64,000 bases of DNA, from the IMG/VR virus record IMGVR_UViG_3300032093_000024. One strand, given 5' to 3'. This DNA is from an uncultured virus (IMG/VR IMGVR_UViG_3300032093_000024) (lineage: Duplodnaviria > Heunggongvirae > Uroviricota > Caudoviricetes). Under the pieces are notes generated by a model, which saw only the letters and a list, made by a program, of their open reading frames with translations, had not been told where the DNA came from and ran no database searches. Shown here one piece after another: positions 1-9,136 of the stretch; positions within the stretch are counted from its first letter, which is position 1, and each line of letters starts with the position of its first letter. Both the position numbers and the translations under genes were made by a program.

Positions 1-121
1 AACTACGGATGAAGGTATTGAGTCCATCTATGATAAGAACTCTACCATTCCTTACCCTTTGGGTATTAGATTCATGTTCAGATTCTACTTCATTGAGTAA
101 TTTTTTGTATAATTCTTTCAT
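1..121 (-). CDS. 5'-3' exonuclease / flap endonuclease (T4 RNase H-like), 5' part only, runs off window
   Basis: Own translation from ATG at 121: MKELYKKLLNEVESEHESNTQRVRNGRVLIIDGLNTFIRS; VLIIDGxN is the N-terminal motif of PIN/FEN 5'-3' exonucleases; directly downstream of recA. Confidence 0.7.
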   Translation of the reverse strand, partial: MKELYKKLLNEVESEHESNTQRVRNGRVLIIDGLNTFIRS

Positions 122-136
122 ATTTTGTAACCTTTA

Positions 137-1258
137 TTAATCACCGATTACTTCCGAGTCTGTCACCAAACTATCAGTATCCAATGAATCTTTTTTGTAT
201 TGTGAAATTGTTGCTTCGCAAATCCTTTTATAGATTTGCTCTTTTACTTCATTGTTAGCATCTAACGTTGAAGGAAAATCTTTGGATTGAAATTTAATCA
301 CTTCGCCAGTATCAATATCAGTATATTCATACCAAGCTCCTGATTGTTTTACAATACCATTGTCCTTCATTATTGCTAACCAAGCTCCATAGTTATCAAT
401 ACCTCTGTCAAAGAAAATATCAAAATCAGCGGAACGTAACGGAGGTCCCATCCTATTCTTTACTACTTGACAACGTACTTTGATACCTACGATTCTCTCA
501 TTACCATTCTCCTTAGCCTTAATCGTTCCCATACTCTTTAATCTTAAACGAACCGATGCGTGGAAAGCGATTGCTTTACCACCAGAAGTTGTCCAAGGGT
601 CAGAGAATGGCATTGCGTTCATCTTCTGTCTTAATTGATTTGTGAAAACCAATGTGATTTTCTGTCTACCAATTAAGTTAGTGATTTTACGCATTGCTTT
701 TGAGATTATGATTGCCTTATCGGTAGCGTAACCATCTTTACCATAATCAGCTTCCATTTCTTTTTCAGTAGATGCGGCGGCAACGGAATCCACCACAATC
801 GTTACATACTTATCTTTGGATTGCGTTCTTACTTTTTCAATGATTGTTTCGGTGTACTCAAAACATTGCTCAACAGTCTCAGCTGCTACATACAACATTT
901 TAGATACATCAACTCCGATAGCTTCCAAGAACTCTCTACTTACGGCATTTTCAGTATCAATCAAAACAGCTATACCACCTAACTTTTGTGTTTCGGCAAG
1001 TAAGTGTGCTGATAATAATGATTTACCGCTTTGTTCAAGTCCTGTCACTTCGGTAATTCTACCAACAGGCAAACCACCATAAGGTCTATTGGAAATAGCA
1101 ACGTCCAACAACGATGCTCCGGTTGAAATCCAACCATCTACATTTGTGGGTGCTTCATCAGAATCCAAAAAGAATGCTACTCTTTGGTCTTTTGATTGTT
1201 TGTTTAGTGATTCGGCGAGCACTGCTGCCAAATCAACTTCTTTAGTTGCTTTTGCCAT
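137..1258 (-). CDS. recA: RecA/UvsX-family recombinase
   Basis: 373 aa; GGLPVGRITEVTGLEQSGKS (Walker A), IDTENA, IVVDSVAA (Walker B), TSGGKAIAFHASVRL, VVKNRMGPP, QSGAWY. Confidence 0.95.
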   Translation of the reverse strand: MAKATKEVDLAAVLAESLNKQSKDQRVAFFLDSDEAPTNVDGWISTGASLLDVAISNRPYGGLPVGRITEVTGLEQSGKSLLSAHLLAETQKLGGIAVLIDTENAVSREFLEAIGVDVSKMLYVAAETVEQCFEYTETIIEKVRTQSKDKYVTIVVDSVAAASTEKEMEADYGKDGYATDKAIIISKAMRKITNLIGRQKITLVFTNQLRQKMNAMPFSDPWTTSGGKAIAFHASVRLRLKSMGTIKAKENGNERIVGIKVRCQVVKNRMGPPLRSADFDIFFDRGIDNYGAWLAIMKDNGIVKQSGAWYEYTDIDTGEVIKFQSKDFPSTLDANNEVKEQIYKRICEATISQYKKDSLDTDSLVTDSEVIGD

Positions 1259-1275
1259 ATTCTTTATAACTTATT

Positions 1276-2091
1276 TTATGAATTGAAAAGGTCATCAAAT
1301 GCCGCTGCTACATCATCTAATTTCTTAGCTGGTGCTGGTTTTGATGGAGTTGTATCAAATGGTGCTTCTTCCTCATCTTTAGCGGTTGAAGAAAGAGTTT
1401 CAGCTGATGCTGATTTCTCATCTTCAGATGCGCCACCTGATGGGTTCAACCAACCTTCTAATACATTCTTCAATTCTGCATAAGTTAATTCAGAATAAAG
1501 TTCGGTGATTTCCTTTTGTTCGTTAAGGAATTTGTCATTCTCAGCTTTAGTTGCTGCTAATGGTGTTTCTTTTGGTTTAACACGAATTGTTGTTACAGGG
1601 TAAGAAGTACCACTGTCTTCTGCGGATACAACTTCAACAGTAATATCTCTACCACTTTCTGGATCGGTAATATCGCCATAATCAGCGTCAGCCATATAAC
1701 CAAGAATCTCTTGATATACGGTCTTACCAAAGCCCCAAAAACGAACACCTTCACCTTCTTCACCTCTTACCAATACTGGTACGAAAGTACGAAGTTTCGG
1801 CTCCATTTTCTTAGCAGCTTTCCAATCTTCCTTATCACCCATTCTTTTAAGTTTATCAGCAAACTCAACTATTGGGTCAGGTCTGCCAAAACTCATTGGA
1901 GATAAGTAAGTTTTGTTGTTGATGTTGTAGTGAAAATAAAGTTCAATAAAAGGATTCTCTTTATTGAATTTGTACGGCACCAATCTGATTGTGTGTTTGC
2001 CTGGTGCTGGCTTCCAAAGTTCTACAGTTGTTCTTTGGGTGTTCTGCAGTTTGTTAAGTCTGCTCTTAATTGCGTCTAAATTAATTGCCAT
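1276..2091 (-). CDS. Single-stranded DNA-binding protein, T4 gp32-like
   Basis: 271 aa; WKP..GKHTIRLVP, FWGFGKTVY, DITDPESGRDI, acidic C-terminal tail ending AFDDLFNS; next to recombinase. Confidence 0.85.
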   Translation of the reverse strand: MAINLDAIKSRLNKLQNTQRTTVELWKPAPGKHTIRLVPYKFNKENPFIELYFHYNINNKTYLSPMSFGRPDPIVEFADKLKRMGDKEDWKAAKKMEPKLRTFVPVLVRGEEGEGVRFWGFGKTVYQEILGYMADADYGDITDPESGRDITVEVVSAEDSGTSYPVTTIRVKPKETPLAATKAENDKFLNEQKEITELYSELTYAELKNVLEGWLNPSGGASEDEKSASAETLSSTAKDEEEAPFDTTPSKPAPAKKLDDVAAAFDDLFNS

Positions 2092-2180
2092 GTCTTTTAA
2101 GTTTTAAGCGTTTAAGTTTTATGGTTTTATTTAAGTGTCTTTCCTACACTTCCGTTACACATATAAATATAAAGGAGATA

Positions 2181-2212
2181 CAAATATACAACAAGTTTTT
2201 GATATTACCAAA
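2181..2212 (-). promoter_or_regulatory. Bacteroidota-type sigma promoter (TTTG-N20-TATATTTG) for ssb-recA
   Basis: Plus strand CAAATATA 2181-2188 and CAAA 2209-2212, 20-nt spacer; matches -33 TTTG / -7 TAnnTTTG consensus. Confidence 0.7.
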
Positions 2213-2249
2213 TCTTTTTTTGATGTATTTTTGATTGATTTTGATGTAA

Positions 2250-2281
2250 CAAATATAGGTAAAATTTGTGACAATTCCAAA
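2250..2281 (-). promoter_or_regulatory. Second tandem Bacteroidota-type promoter (TTTG-N20-TATATTTG)
   Basis: Plus strand CAAATATA 2250-2257 and CAAA 2278-2281, 20-nt spacer. Confidence 0.7.
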
Positions 2282-2282
2282 T

Positions 2283-2314
2283 AAAAAAGGGAGAATTTTT
2301 AGTTTCTCCCTTTT
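2283..2314 (-). terminator. Intrinsic terminator (possibly bidirectional)
   Basis: Inverted repeat aaaagggagaa / ttctccctttt flanked by A and T runs, just after the stop of 2318..2794. Confidence 0.75.
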
Positions 2315-2317
2315 GTT

Positions 2318-2794
2318 TTATTTTTTAATCATTGATGTAAGTTTGGTTGAACTTTCTTCAATATCATCATCTCTATGATTCCATACTTTATTTTTGTCAT
2401 CATATCGGTAACCTAAACCGATTGCTGCATCTGCAAATCCTTCTTCATCAAAATCATCGCTACCAAATTCTCCGAAATCATATCCCATATCATACAATGC
2501 ATCGTATAATTCCTCATCACTTTGTCCATCTATTGATGCATCCGAGTCAGCTTGAGGAGCTTCACCGCCTCTATCTTTTGCATAATCTCCACCAAACATA
2601 TCATTTGGTTTAGTATCTACGTTAGGCTCATCACCTTTTTTAGCTTTAGGGTCTTCATGAGAACCAGCTTTTAATGCTGCATCTTTAGCCTGTTGTGTTT
2701 TGAAATAAACAAGTTTGCCAGTTTTTTTACTTCTAGCTACCAATTTAGGGTCTATGTTAGCCTCTATTAGTTCTTTTAATCTGATATTTGCCAT
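2318..2794 (-). CDS. Hypothetical acidic protein, possibly head-internal
   Basis: 158-aa ORF with own promoter motif and terminator; starts MANIRLKELIEA; Asp/Glu-rich. Confidence 0.7.
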   Translation of the reverse strand: MANIRLKELIEANIDPKLVARSKKTGKLVYFKTQQAKDAALKAGSHEDPKAKKGDEPNVDTKPNDMFGGDYAKDRGGEAPQADSDASIDGQSDEELYDALYDMGYDFGEFGSDDFDEEGFADAAIGLGYRYDDKNKVWNHRDDDIEESSTKLTSMIKK

Positions 2795-2812
2795 CTATGT
2801 TCTATTATATTT

Positions 2813-2846
2813 TATAAATATACGAAATTTTATTTAAACTTCCAAA
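2813..2846 (-). promoter_or_regulatory. Composite promoter: TTTG-N20-TATATTTA overlapping TATTTATA motif
   Basis: Plus strand TATAAATATA 2813-2822 and CAAA 2843-2846; 18 nt upstream of ATG at 2794. Confidence 0.55.
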
Positions 2847-3680
2847 TTATGCTAATAAGTGATAGTATTCCTTAAAGTGTTTTATTCGGTCTGCCAATCC
2901 AATAGTTCCACCATTTACTCTTTTTGTGATTGATGTTACTACGGCATCGGTTGCACCACCATCAGCCATTATGTGTAATTTATTCTTATTAAAGAACCAT
3001 GCTGCTGAAAGTAAAGCGTATTTAGATGCTACTACATCAGGATTAGATGGAATATCTTCACCGATTGCTTTACCAAATGCTGTATAGTTATCCTTTCCTG
3101 TCAATTGAATATATCCTCTTCCGCGAAACTTATATCCTTCACCACTTCCCTCATCACCATTACCCATACGAGATGCATATACTTTGTTTGCAATCTTTTG
3201 TGGGTTTCTTTGATATGCGTTTGCAATAGCTTCAGTTGGGAAATACTTTTTGAATATACCCATTAAACCTTTTGCTGAATAGTTTAAGTTTTCTTGCGTT
3301 GCTTTGAATCCACCACTCTCATGTCCGCATTGTGCCAAAAAGTGTGCCAATCTCAATGGAGTGTTGATTTGGAATTTAGCTGCAGTATCAGGAATCATTG
3401 CAATTACCGCATCAGGAATATGTCCTTTAAGTTTATCTAACTTCAATCCACCAACAGGTGTTATTGGAGCCGGTGGCGGTGGCGGTGGAGTATTCTCACC
3501 CATAATCATCGCCCAAGTTTTATCACCAACAATACCATCAGCAGGAAGTCCGTGCTTAGCTTGAAATTCTTTTACTGCTTGTTCAGTTTTAGGTCCAAAA
3601 TTAGTAACTGCTGGGGAAATACCTAATTTCTCCTGCATTAATTTTACATTTTCGTTATTATCACCTTTTTTTAATAACAT
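2847..3680 (-). CDS. Endolysin: peptidoglycan-binding domain + Pro linker + glycoside hydrolase family 19 domain
   Basis: LLKKGD..VKLMQEKLG..FGPKTEQAVKEFQAKHGLPADGIVGDKTW (PG-binding), PPPPPPAP linker, AHFLAQCGHESGGF..ENLNYS..FRGRGYIQLTGKDNY..ITKRVNGGTIGL (GH19). Start moved from 3734 to ATG 3680 to remove overlap with upstream gene. Confidence 0.92.
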   Translation of the reverse strand: MLLKKGDNNENVKLMQEKLGISPAVTNFGPKTEQAVKEFQAKHGLPADGIVGDKTWAMIMGENTPPPPPPAPITPVGGLKLDKLKGHIPDAVIAMIPDTAAKFQINTPLRLAHFLAQCGHESGGFKATQENLNYSAKGLMGIFKKYFPTEAIANAYQRNPQKIANKVYASRMGNGDEGSGEGYKFRGRGYIQLTGKDNYTAFGKAIGEDIPSNPDVVASKYALLSAAWFFNKNKLHIMADGGATDAVVTSITKRVNGGTIGLADRIKHFKEYYHLLA

Positions 3681-3687
3681 CGTGAAA

Positions 3688-4116
3688 TTATTTAGTTTCG
3701 TTAGATATAACTTCTTTACCATCACCAAAATCAATTACTTCAAAAACTCTTGTTTGAATTTTTTTAGTTCCTTCAGCGTTGGTTAATATGATTGAATTTT
3801 TGAATTTCTGCCAATTAATTACAAATGAATTATCTAGCACCCCACCATTTTCCTCTTTTACCAATTCGTTTAGGGCGTTAATTGTATATAATGTATTTGA
3901 TTCTTTCTTTCTATGAATTAGAATAGTATTTTCCAACGGAGTATCCGGTTGGAATGCTGTATCTATATTGTACGTGATAAACAATTCATCTAAATTCGCC
4001 TTATTTTGGAGAATATAAATGTAATTATAAACGATGTGGTAAGTTTCTCTTATTAGTTGTAATGTATTTTGTAACTCACCTTTCGTTGTAAACGTACATA
4101 ATAACTGTGTTTTCAT
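3688..4116 (-). CDS. Hypothetical protein
   Basis: 142-aa ORF, tightly packed, preceded by TATTTATA motif at 4147-4154. Confidence 0.75.
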   Translation of the reverse strand: MKTQLLCTFTTKGELQNTLQLIRETYHIVYNYIYILQNKANLDELFITYNIDTAFQPDTPLENTILIHRKKESNTLYTINALNELVKEENGGVLDNSFVINWQKFKNSIILTNAEGTKKIQTRVFEVIDFGDGKEVISNETK

Positions 4117-4185
4117 CCTCGTTTTCCCTTTTTCTTTTTAATCAACTATAAATATCAAAAAAGGGTTCAAAGGGTATTTTTACAA

Positions 4186-7100
4186 TTATCTCTTTATAGG
4201 TTCAATGTGAGATGAATTTGCATTGTTCAAAGAAAGGTACTTACATTCTTTACCGGTTGCCGCAATACCAGGATCATAAGACCATCCCATACCACTCAAT
4301 GTAGTTACACCATCAATTGTTTCATGTCTTGGGTCACCCTTTTTAGGATATACGGTTCTCAAATTACCAAACAATTGATAATCCATATCATTGTTATTCA
4401 ATGTTTCAGCGATTGCACCCATTTTACACCACATTCCACACTGTTTTTTATAATTTTCGTAATTTGCTTTTTGTTCTTTATCCGTCTTACCAAAGCACTG
4501 CTTAAAGTTTTTAAATGGAACTTTCTTTTCCACTTTTGCAGCCATTCTTGCAGCCTGTTCTTCACCTTCCATTTGAATTTCAGTTATTTGTTCTTCGGTA
4601 AGAATACCAGCTTTTTTAGCTCTTTCTAATACCGAATTTAACTCAGCTTCTTTAGCATCAATTTCTTCTTTACTCTTAACTCTGTTCTCTTCGCCAGGTG
4701 TAAATGACCATTTGTATGTATCAAATAATGTTAATATTTCTTTTTGTGTATCAAAGTTTTTATGTTTTCTATATCTAGTCATAAGTACTTTATCATACCC
4801 CGCACTAGCACCACCTTTTTCGTATTTTACCGATAATCCACCTTCAATCAAAGATGTTGAAATAATATTTTGGAAATTATTTGCAATTGCTTCAGCAGGA
4901 GATTCACCTTTCTTCATTCTTATTTCTTGAGAAGGTTTATAAGTTACAATGTCAGTAACTTTCCAATTTGATGCAGATGGCATGAATCCCGCATACCCTT
5001 GTCCCAATTTAACCATAAAGTCAAATATCTCTTGCATATCAGGAACACCTGCTCTAAATTCCGGATTGGCGTTCATCAACTTTGCAATTGCATCTATTTC
5101 TTCTTGCATTCTTTCAGGTGAGATACCATTATACGGATTTGAAATGTTTTTTATAAGATTAAGTACATTTTTTGCATCAGGTGGAATTTTACCTTTAAAG
5201 AATTTGCCAAAATCTGCATTTAATTTATTAAACATCATTTTTTTAATACTTTCAATGGTATTTTTTCTACCATCGGATGTATCAGTATCATATCCAAAAT
5301 CAATAGTTTCAATATCTTCTTGAGAAGCAATAAATTCTACATATTCATTGTGCCTTTTTATTGCAATCAAAGTTTTACGAACTTCTTCTTCAGGATTAGT
5401 AATACCTCTTTTTTTAAATTGGTCTAACAATTCTTTTTCATCTGGCTCTGGGTATCTTTTAAATACAGTATTACCAATTTTACAACTTTGTGTTTTACCA
5501 TCTTTATCTTTTTCTATACCTTCTACTTTAATCGGTTTTCTATCACGAGTTAAATTACTTGCAACCATTGATTTTTTTCTAACAGCATGTCCTGCATCAA
5601 ATATTTCATTTCTTTCCAAATATTCATTAAAAGAATCTCTATCTTCAATACCTTTACCCAATTCTACTTTAATGTGTGTTTTGAATTCACCTTTAGCCGG
5701 TGCAAAATATATTTTTGGGTCAGATGTAGCTGGGAATGTTACCCAATCACTTGCAAATCTTCTTTCTGCTTTTGTTAATTCCTCTCCTCTTAACGCTTTA
5801 CCAACAATACCAAATAAAACCTTTTTTTCATCTTTGTTCATTGGTAGTTTACTAATAACAGTATTTACATCCTTTAGTTTATCCTGCACTTTTTTCTTTG
5901 AAAAGAAAGCATCATCTTCTTCCATTTTGTTAGAAATTTTACCAGATGGTGCTGCTTTTGGTTTTGGTGTAGGAACAGACGTTGGTTTGGTTTTTTTATC
6001 TTTAGCCAATGCAGCCTTTTCTCTGCTTGCTCTTGCTTGTAAATCTTTGTCTTGAGCAACTGTCTTTATTGGTGCAGGTTTTTTACCTTTTACCGGTGGG
6101 GTTGTTGTTTGATTTTTTGCAGCTTTTTCTTTAGATGTTAATGCTCTAAAAGTTCCACGATCTGATTTGTGGGTTATCTCACCATCAGGTTGTTTTGAAT
6201 AATACCCACCACCTCTATGGTAATAGCCAGGATGTTCTTTAGATGGACTAGCTTTTATATTAGGTTTAGCTTCTCTAATAAATTCTGCAATAATTCCCTC
6301 TATAAGAGAATCAATCATTGGAAAAAGTTCTTCTTTCATTTCAGTTTTTTCTTTTTTATTTCTTTGTCTCCACATATCAACGTGAGAGTTGCCAACCGGT
6401 GCAATTACTTTGTATCCTTCAGCTTCAGCTTCTTTAATTTTTCTATCTAATTCCTTTTGGCGGAATCCATTATATGTTTGTTGTGCTTTACTTATTTCCG
6501 TTTCACCATATCCATCATCATCTCTATAATTAAGTTGATATAAATCTTCTTTTTGCCCATCAGTTAAATTATTCCAATCCACATCACCATCAAATTCCGA
6601 ACTTCCACCTTTTTTAGCTTGGTCTATTAACCATGCTTTACCCTCATCATCTAAATAATCATCAGGCTTCATATTTTCATCCGGCCCATCCTGTCCATAC
6701 ATATTAGCCCATATAGCAGCTTTAGCTTTAGATTTACTTCCGCCTAACGTTTTACCAACTTCATCAAATATAGGAGAAGTATCATCCAATACATTTGCGT
6801 TTTCATCCCAACTACTTTCGTTTGAGTTAGTAAAATGATTTTTTACTGCATCTCTAATTTCAGCTTGCTCTCCTGATAATTCTAAATTACCTTCAGAATC
6901 TTTACTCATTCCACCTTCACCAACAAACATTACTTTTGTATCTTTTGGAAGTGATGTGATTTGATTAATTGTTTCTTTTGTACTTTCATTATCAGCACCA
7001 TGTTCAACACCAATAATCATAGAACCATTATCGGTTGTTTCAATATCCAAAGATTCACCCTTTGCTGTTTTTCTATCTTTAAGGGAGTTTACAACGTCTT

Positions 7101-8490
7101 CAGATTCTTTTTGTGTTAATTGTTTTGGTTCTTCTGCAGGTACATCTTCTTTGTTAGCATCTGCTTTCTTAGCAGCAATACCCATATCTTCTGCAAACTT
7201 ATTACACATAGGAATTGCATCTTTAATATCCTGGTCAATCACTTGCACCTTCATAGGTATTTGAGAATCAGGATGTGATGCGTTATATGCTGCAATTGCT
7301 GCCCATCTATGATGTCCATCAATTACAAATCCATCTCTACTAACATAAATTGGTGCAGTAATTTTTGGATGTTGTGGGTCTTGCTCTAATGCACCCATCA
7401 TACCCAACACCTTTGCACCAACTAATTCATTTTGTGTTGCTTTTAATTTATCAGCAGGTACTTCGGTTTGTGATACTGTAATTCCTTTCTCTTTCAGCAT
7501 TTCTCTAAATACTGGTTCGGTATCTACTTCGCCATCTTTATCCACCGGCATATTTTCTGCTCTTGTTCCTGGCAACGCTTTACCTTTGAATTGTGGCATT
7601 TCTTCTCTTGGAATACCTAAATTATCATCACAATATAAGTTTGTACCAGGTACTGTTATTTGACACAAATTAATATTAGGTGCTTTTTCGCCTTTAGCTT
7701 TTGCATCATCAACAATTTGTTTTACCTTACTAATATCGGTATTGAATTTTTCTAAATCTTTTTTATCTATTCCATCGGGTATATCAGATTCACCACCAAA
7801 TGTATCAGGATCCGCTTCAGGTATTTCAGATTGTACATCTGCCGCTGGAATTGGATTAAATCCATCTTCTGCTTTAGGTTCTTCTTTTGGTTTTTCTTCT
7901 TCACCACTTCCTGCTAATTGAGCAAGTGTTTCTCTTTCTTTATCCAAACGAGCTCCCATAGCAGGGTCCTGTTTAGGGTCAAACATTGGTGCTGCTTTTT
8001 GAATCGGGTCCTCTTTAGGTGCAGATTCTTCACCACCATCACCTTTATCACCTTTTGGTTCCTGTGCTCCTTGTGGTTGTCCTTCTCCACCTAAATCCTT
8101 ATTGATTGTATCTCTTTCTTCTGAACCTTCTGGTGGTAACATTCTTTCTGCTGCTTTACGGCCAGGATGTTCTTTTGGTAATCTTAAAAGGTTTCCAACC
8201 AATCCTTCCGCATCTTCACCTTTTGCGTTTTTATATTTTACACTTTTATTTAGTACAGGATTTTTAAAATTCTTATCCGCTTCTACTACATGCTTCTCAG
8301 GAGTTTTTCCTTTTTCAGTAAGAAGGTTTTCTACTAAATCATTCTTAATATGAGATAATCCCATTTCAGAAAGTACAATACCCAACTCTTTTATGTGGGT
8401 TGGGTTTTTTGCATCAGGCATACCATCGTTTACTCTATACGCCCATTCAGAAATAATTTTATCAATTAATTGTAATAAATTCATGTTCAT
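4186..8490 (-). CDS. Large multidomain protein with ParB/sulfiredoxin-like domain
   Basis: 1434 aa; VPADKLKATQ..PIYVSRDGFVIDGHHRWAA (ParB-N/Srx motif); further domains tentative (see findings). Confidence 0.75.
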   Translation of the reverse strand: MNMNLLQLIDKIISEWAYRVNDGMPDAKNPTHIKELGIVLSEMGLSHIKNDLVENLLTEKGKTPEKHVVEADKNFKNPVLNKSVKYKNAKGEDAEGLVGNLLRLPKEHPGRKAAERMLPPEGSEERDTINKDLGGEGQPQGAQEPKGDKGDGGEESAPKEDPIQKAAPMFDPKQDPAMGARLDKERETLAQLAGSGEEEKPKEEPKAEDGFNPIPAADVQSEIPEADPDTFGGESDIPDGIDKKDLEKFNTDISKVKQIVDDAKAKGEKAPNINLCQITVPGTNLYCDDNLGIPREEMPQFKGKALPGTRAENMPVDKDGEVDTEPVFREMLKEKGITVSQTEVPADKLKATQNELVGAKVLGMMGALEQDPQHPKITAPIYVSRDGFVIDGHHRWAAIAAYNASHPDSQIPMKVQVIDQDIKDAIPMCNKFAEDMGIAAKKADANKEDVPAEEPKQLTQKESEDVVNSLKDRKTAKGESLDIETTDNGSMIIGVEHGADNESTKETINQITSLPKDTKVMFVGEGGMSKDSEGNLELSGEQAEIRDAVKNHFTNSNESSWDENANVLDDTSPIFDEVGKTLGGSKSKAKAAIWANMYGQDGPDENMKPDDYLDDEGKAWLIDQAKKGGSSEFDGDVDWNNLTDGQKEDLYQLNYRDDDGYGETEISKAQQTYNGFRQKELDRKIKEAEAEGYKVIAPVGNSHVDMWRQRNKKEKTEMKEELFPMIDSLIEGIIAEFIREAKPNIKASPSKEHPGYYHRGGGYYSKQPDGEITHKSDRGTFRALTSKEKAAKNQTTTPPVKGKKPAPIKTVAQDKDLQARASREKAALAKDKKTKPTSVPTPKPKAAPSGKISNKMEEDDAFFSKKKVQDKLKDVNTVISKLPMNKDEKKVLFGIVGKALRGEELTKAERRFASDWVTFPATSDPKIYFAPAKGEFKTHIKVELGKGIEDRDSFNEYLERNEIFDAGHAVRKKSMVASNLTRDRKPIKVEGIEKDKDGKTQSCKIGNTVFKRYPEPDEKELLDQFKKRGITNPEEEVRKTLIAIKRHNEYVEFIASQEDIETIDFGYDTDTSDGRKNTIESIKKMMFNKLNADFGKFFKGKIPPDAKNVLNLIKNISNPYNGISPERMQEEIDAIAKLMNANPEFRAGVPDMQEIFDFMVKLGQGYAGFMPSASNWKVTDIVTYKPSQEIRMKKGESPAEAIANNFQNIISTSLIEGGLSVKYEKGGASAGYDKVLMTRYRKHKNFDTQKEILTLFDTYKWSFTPGEENRVKSKEEIDAKEAELNSVLERAKKAGILTEEQITEIQMEGEEQAARMAAKVEKKVPFKNFKQCFGKTDKEQKANYENYKKQCGMWCKMGAIAETLNNNDMDYQLFGNLRTVYPKKGDPRHETIDGVTTLSGMGWSYDPGIAATGKECKYLSLNNANSSHIEPIKR

Positions 8491-9098
8491 TAAAATTTGT
8501 GGTCTTCCGCTTCACATATCATTTCTAATTCTTCCCAATGAAATTTTGGTCTTTCATTAAGAAATACAAAACATTTCCATTTCTTTTGTTTTTCAAAGTA
8601 AATGTGTTTTTGTAAATGTGAAGGAATTGCTGCACCAGTTGGTACTCTTTTAACAGGAGTATCAAAGAAAACTTTTATTAAAACAGTAATTGGTTCTACA
8701 TCATCCCATTTACGGATTTGTTCTTCCAACATTCTCCACTCACCTCTATTAAGATATTGATTTTGCATTATTGAATTTAGGTATGAGAATGTTTGTTTTA
8801 AGTTCGCCTCATTATCAGAAAATGTTGCTGCAGGAGCTCCATGTCCTTTATCGTAAACATTTCCTTTGTAATCCTCACCATCCGATGTTTTGATTCCCTT
8901 TTCTGTATAGAAATCCATATGACCTCTATTCACATTTGTAGGGCGGTTTGTAGAACGATACTTAATAATTAGTGGTTGTTCTAATGATTGTGAATAAAGT
9001 ATATCAAACACTTCATTCTTTACTCTTACATCAGGCAATTGTCCAAAAGATGTTAAAGAAACTAAAAGGAACGATAATAAAACAAAGAGTTTTCTCAT
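8490..9098 (-). CDS. DNA/RNA non-specific endonuclease (Serratia NucA-like, His-Me finger) with signal peptide
   Basis: YDKGHGAPAATF, TFSYLNSIMQNQYLNRGEWRMLE, IPSHLQK; start reassigned to ATG 9098 (MRKLFVLLSFLLVSLTSFG-Q), 24 nt below a TATTTATA motif. Confidence 0.85.
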   Translation of the reverse strand: MRKLFVLLSFLLVSLTSFGQLPDVRVKNEVFDILYSQSLEQPLIIKYRSTNRPTNVNRGHMDFYTEKGIKTSDGEDYKGNVYDKGHGAPAATFSDNEANLKQTFSYLNSIMQNQYLNRGEWRMLEEQIRKWDDVEPITVLIKVFFDTPVKRVPTGAAIPSHLQKHIYFEKQKKWKCFVFLNERPKFHWEELEMICEAEDHKF

Positions 9099-9136
9099 AT
9101 TATAGCATATTTTTGTATATACTATAAATATGGTGG

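Noticed and set aside
3681..3734. ORF-track N-terminal extensions of the endolysin (also 9099-9164 for the nuclease and 10662-10706)
   Set aside because: They overlap upstream genes or promoter motifs; downstream ATGs give clean domain or signal-peptide starts.
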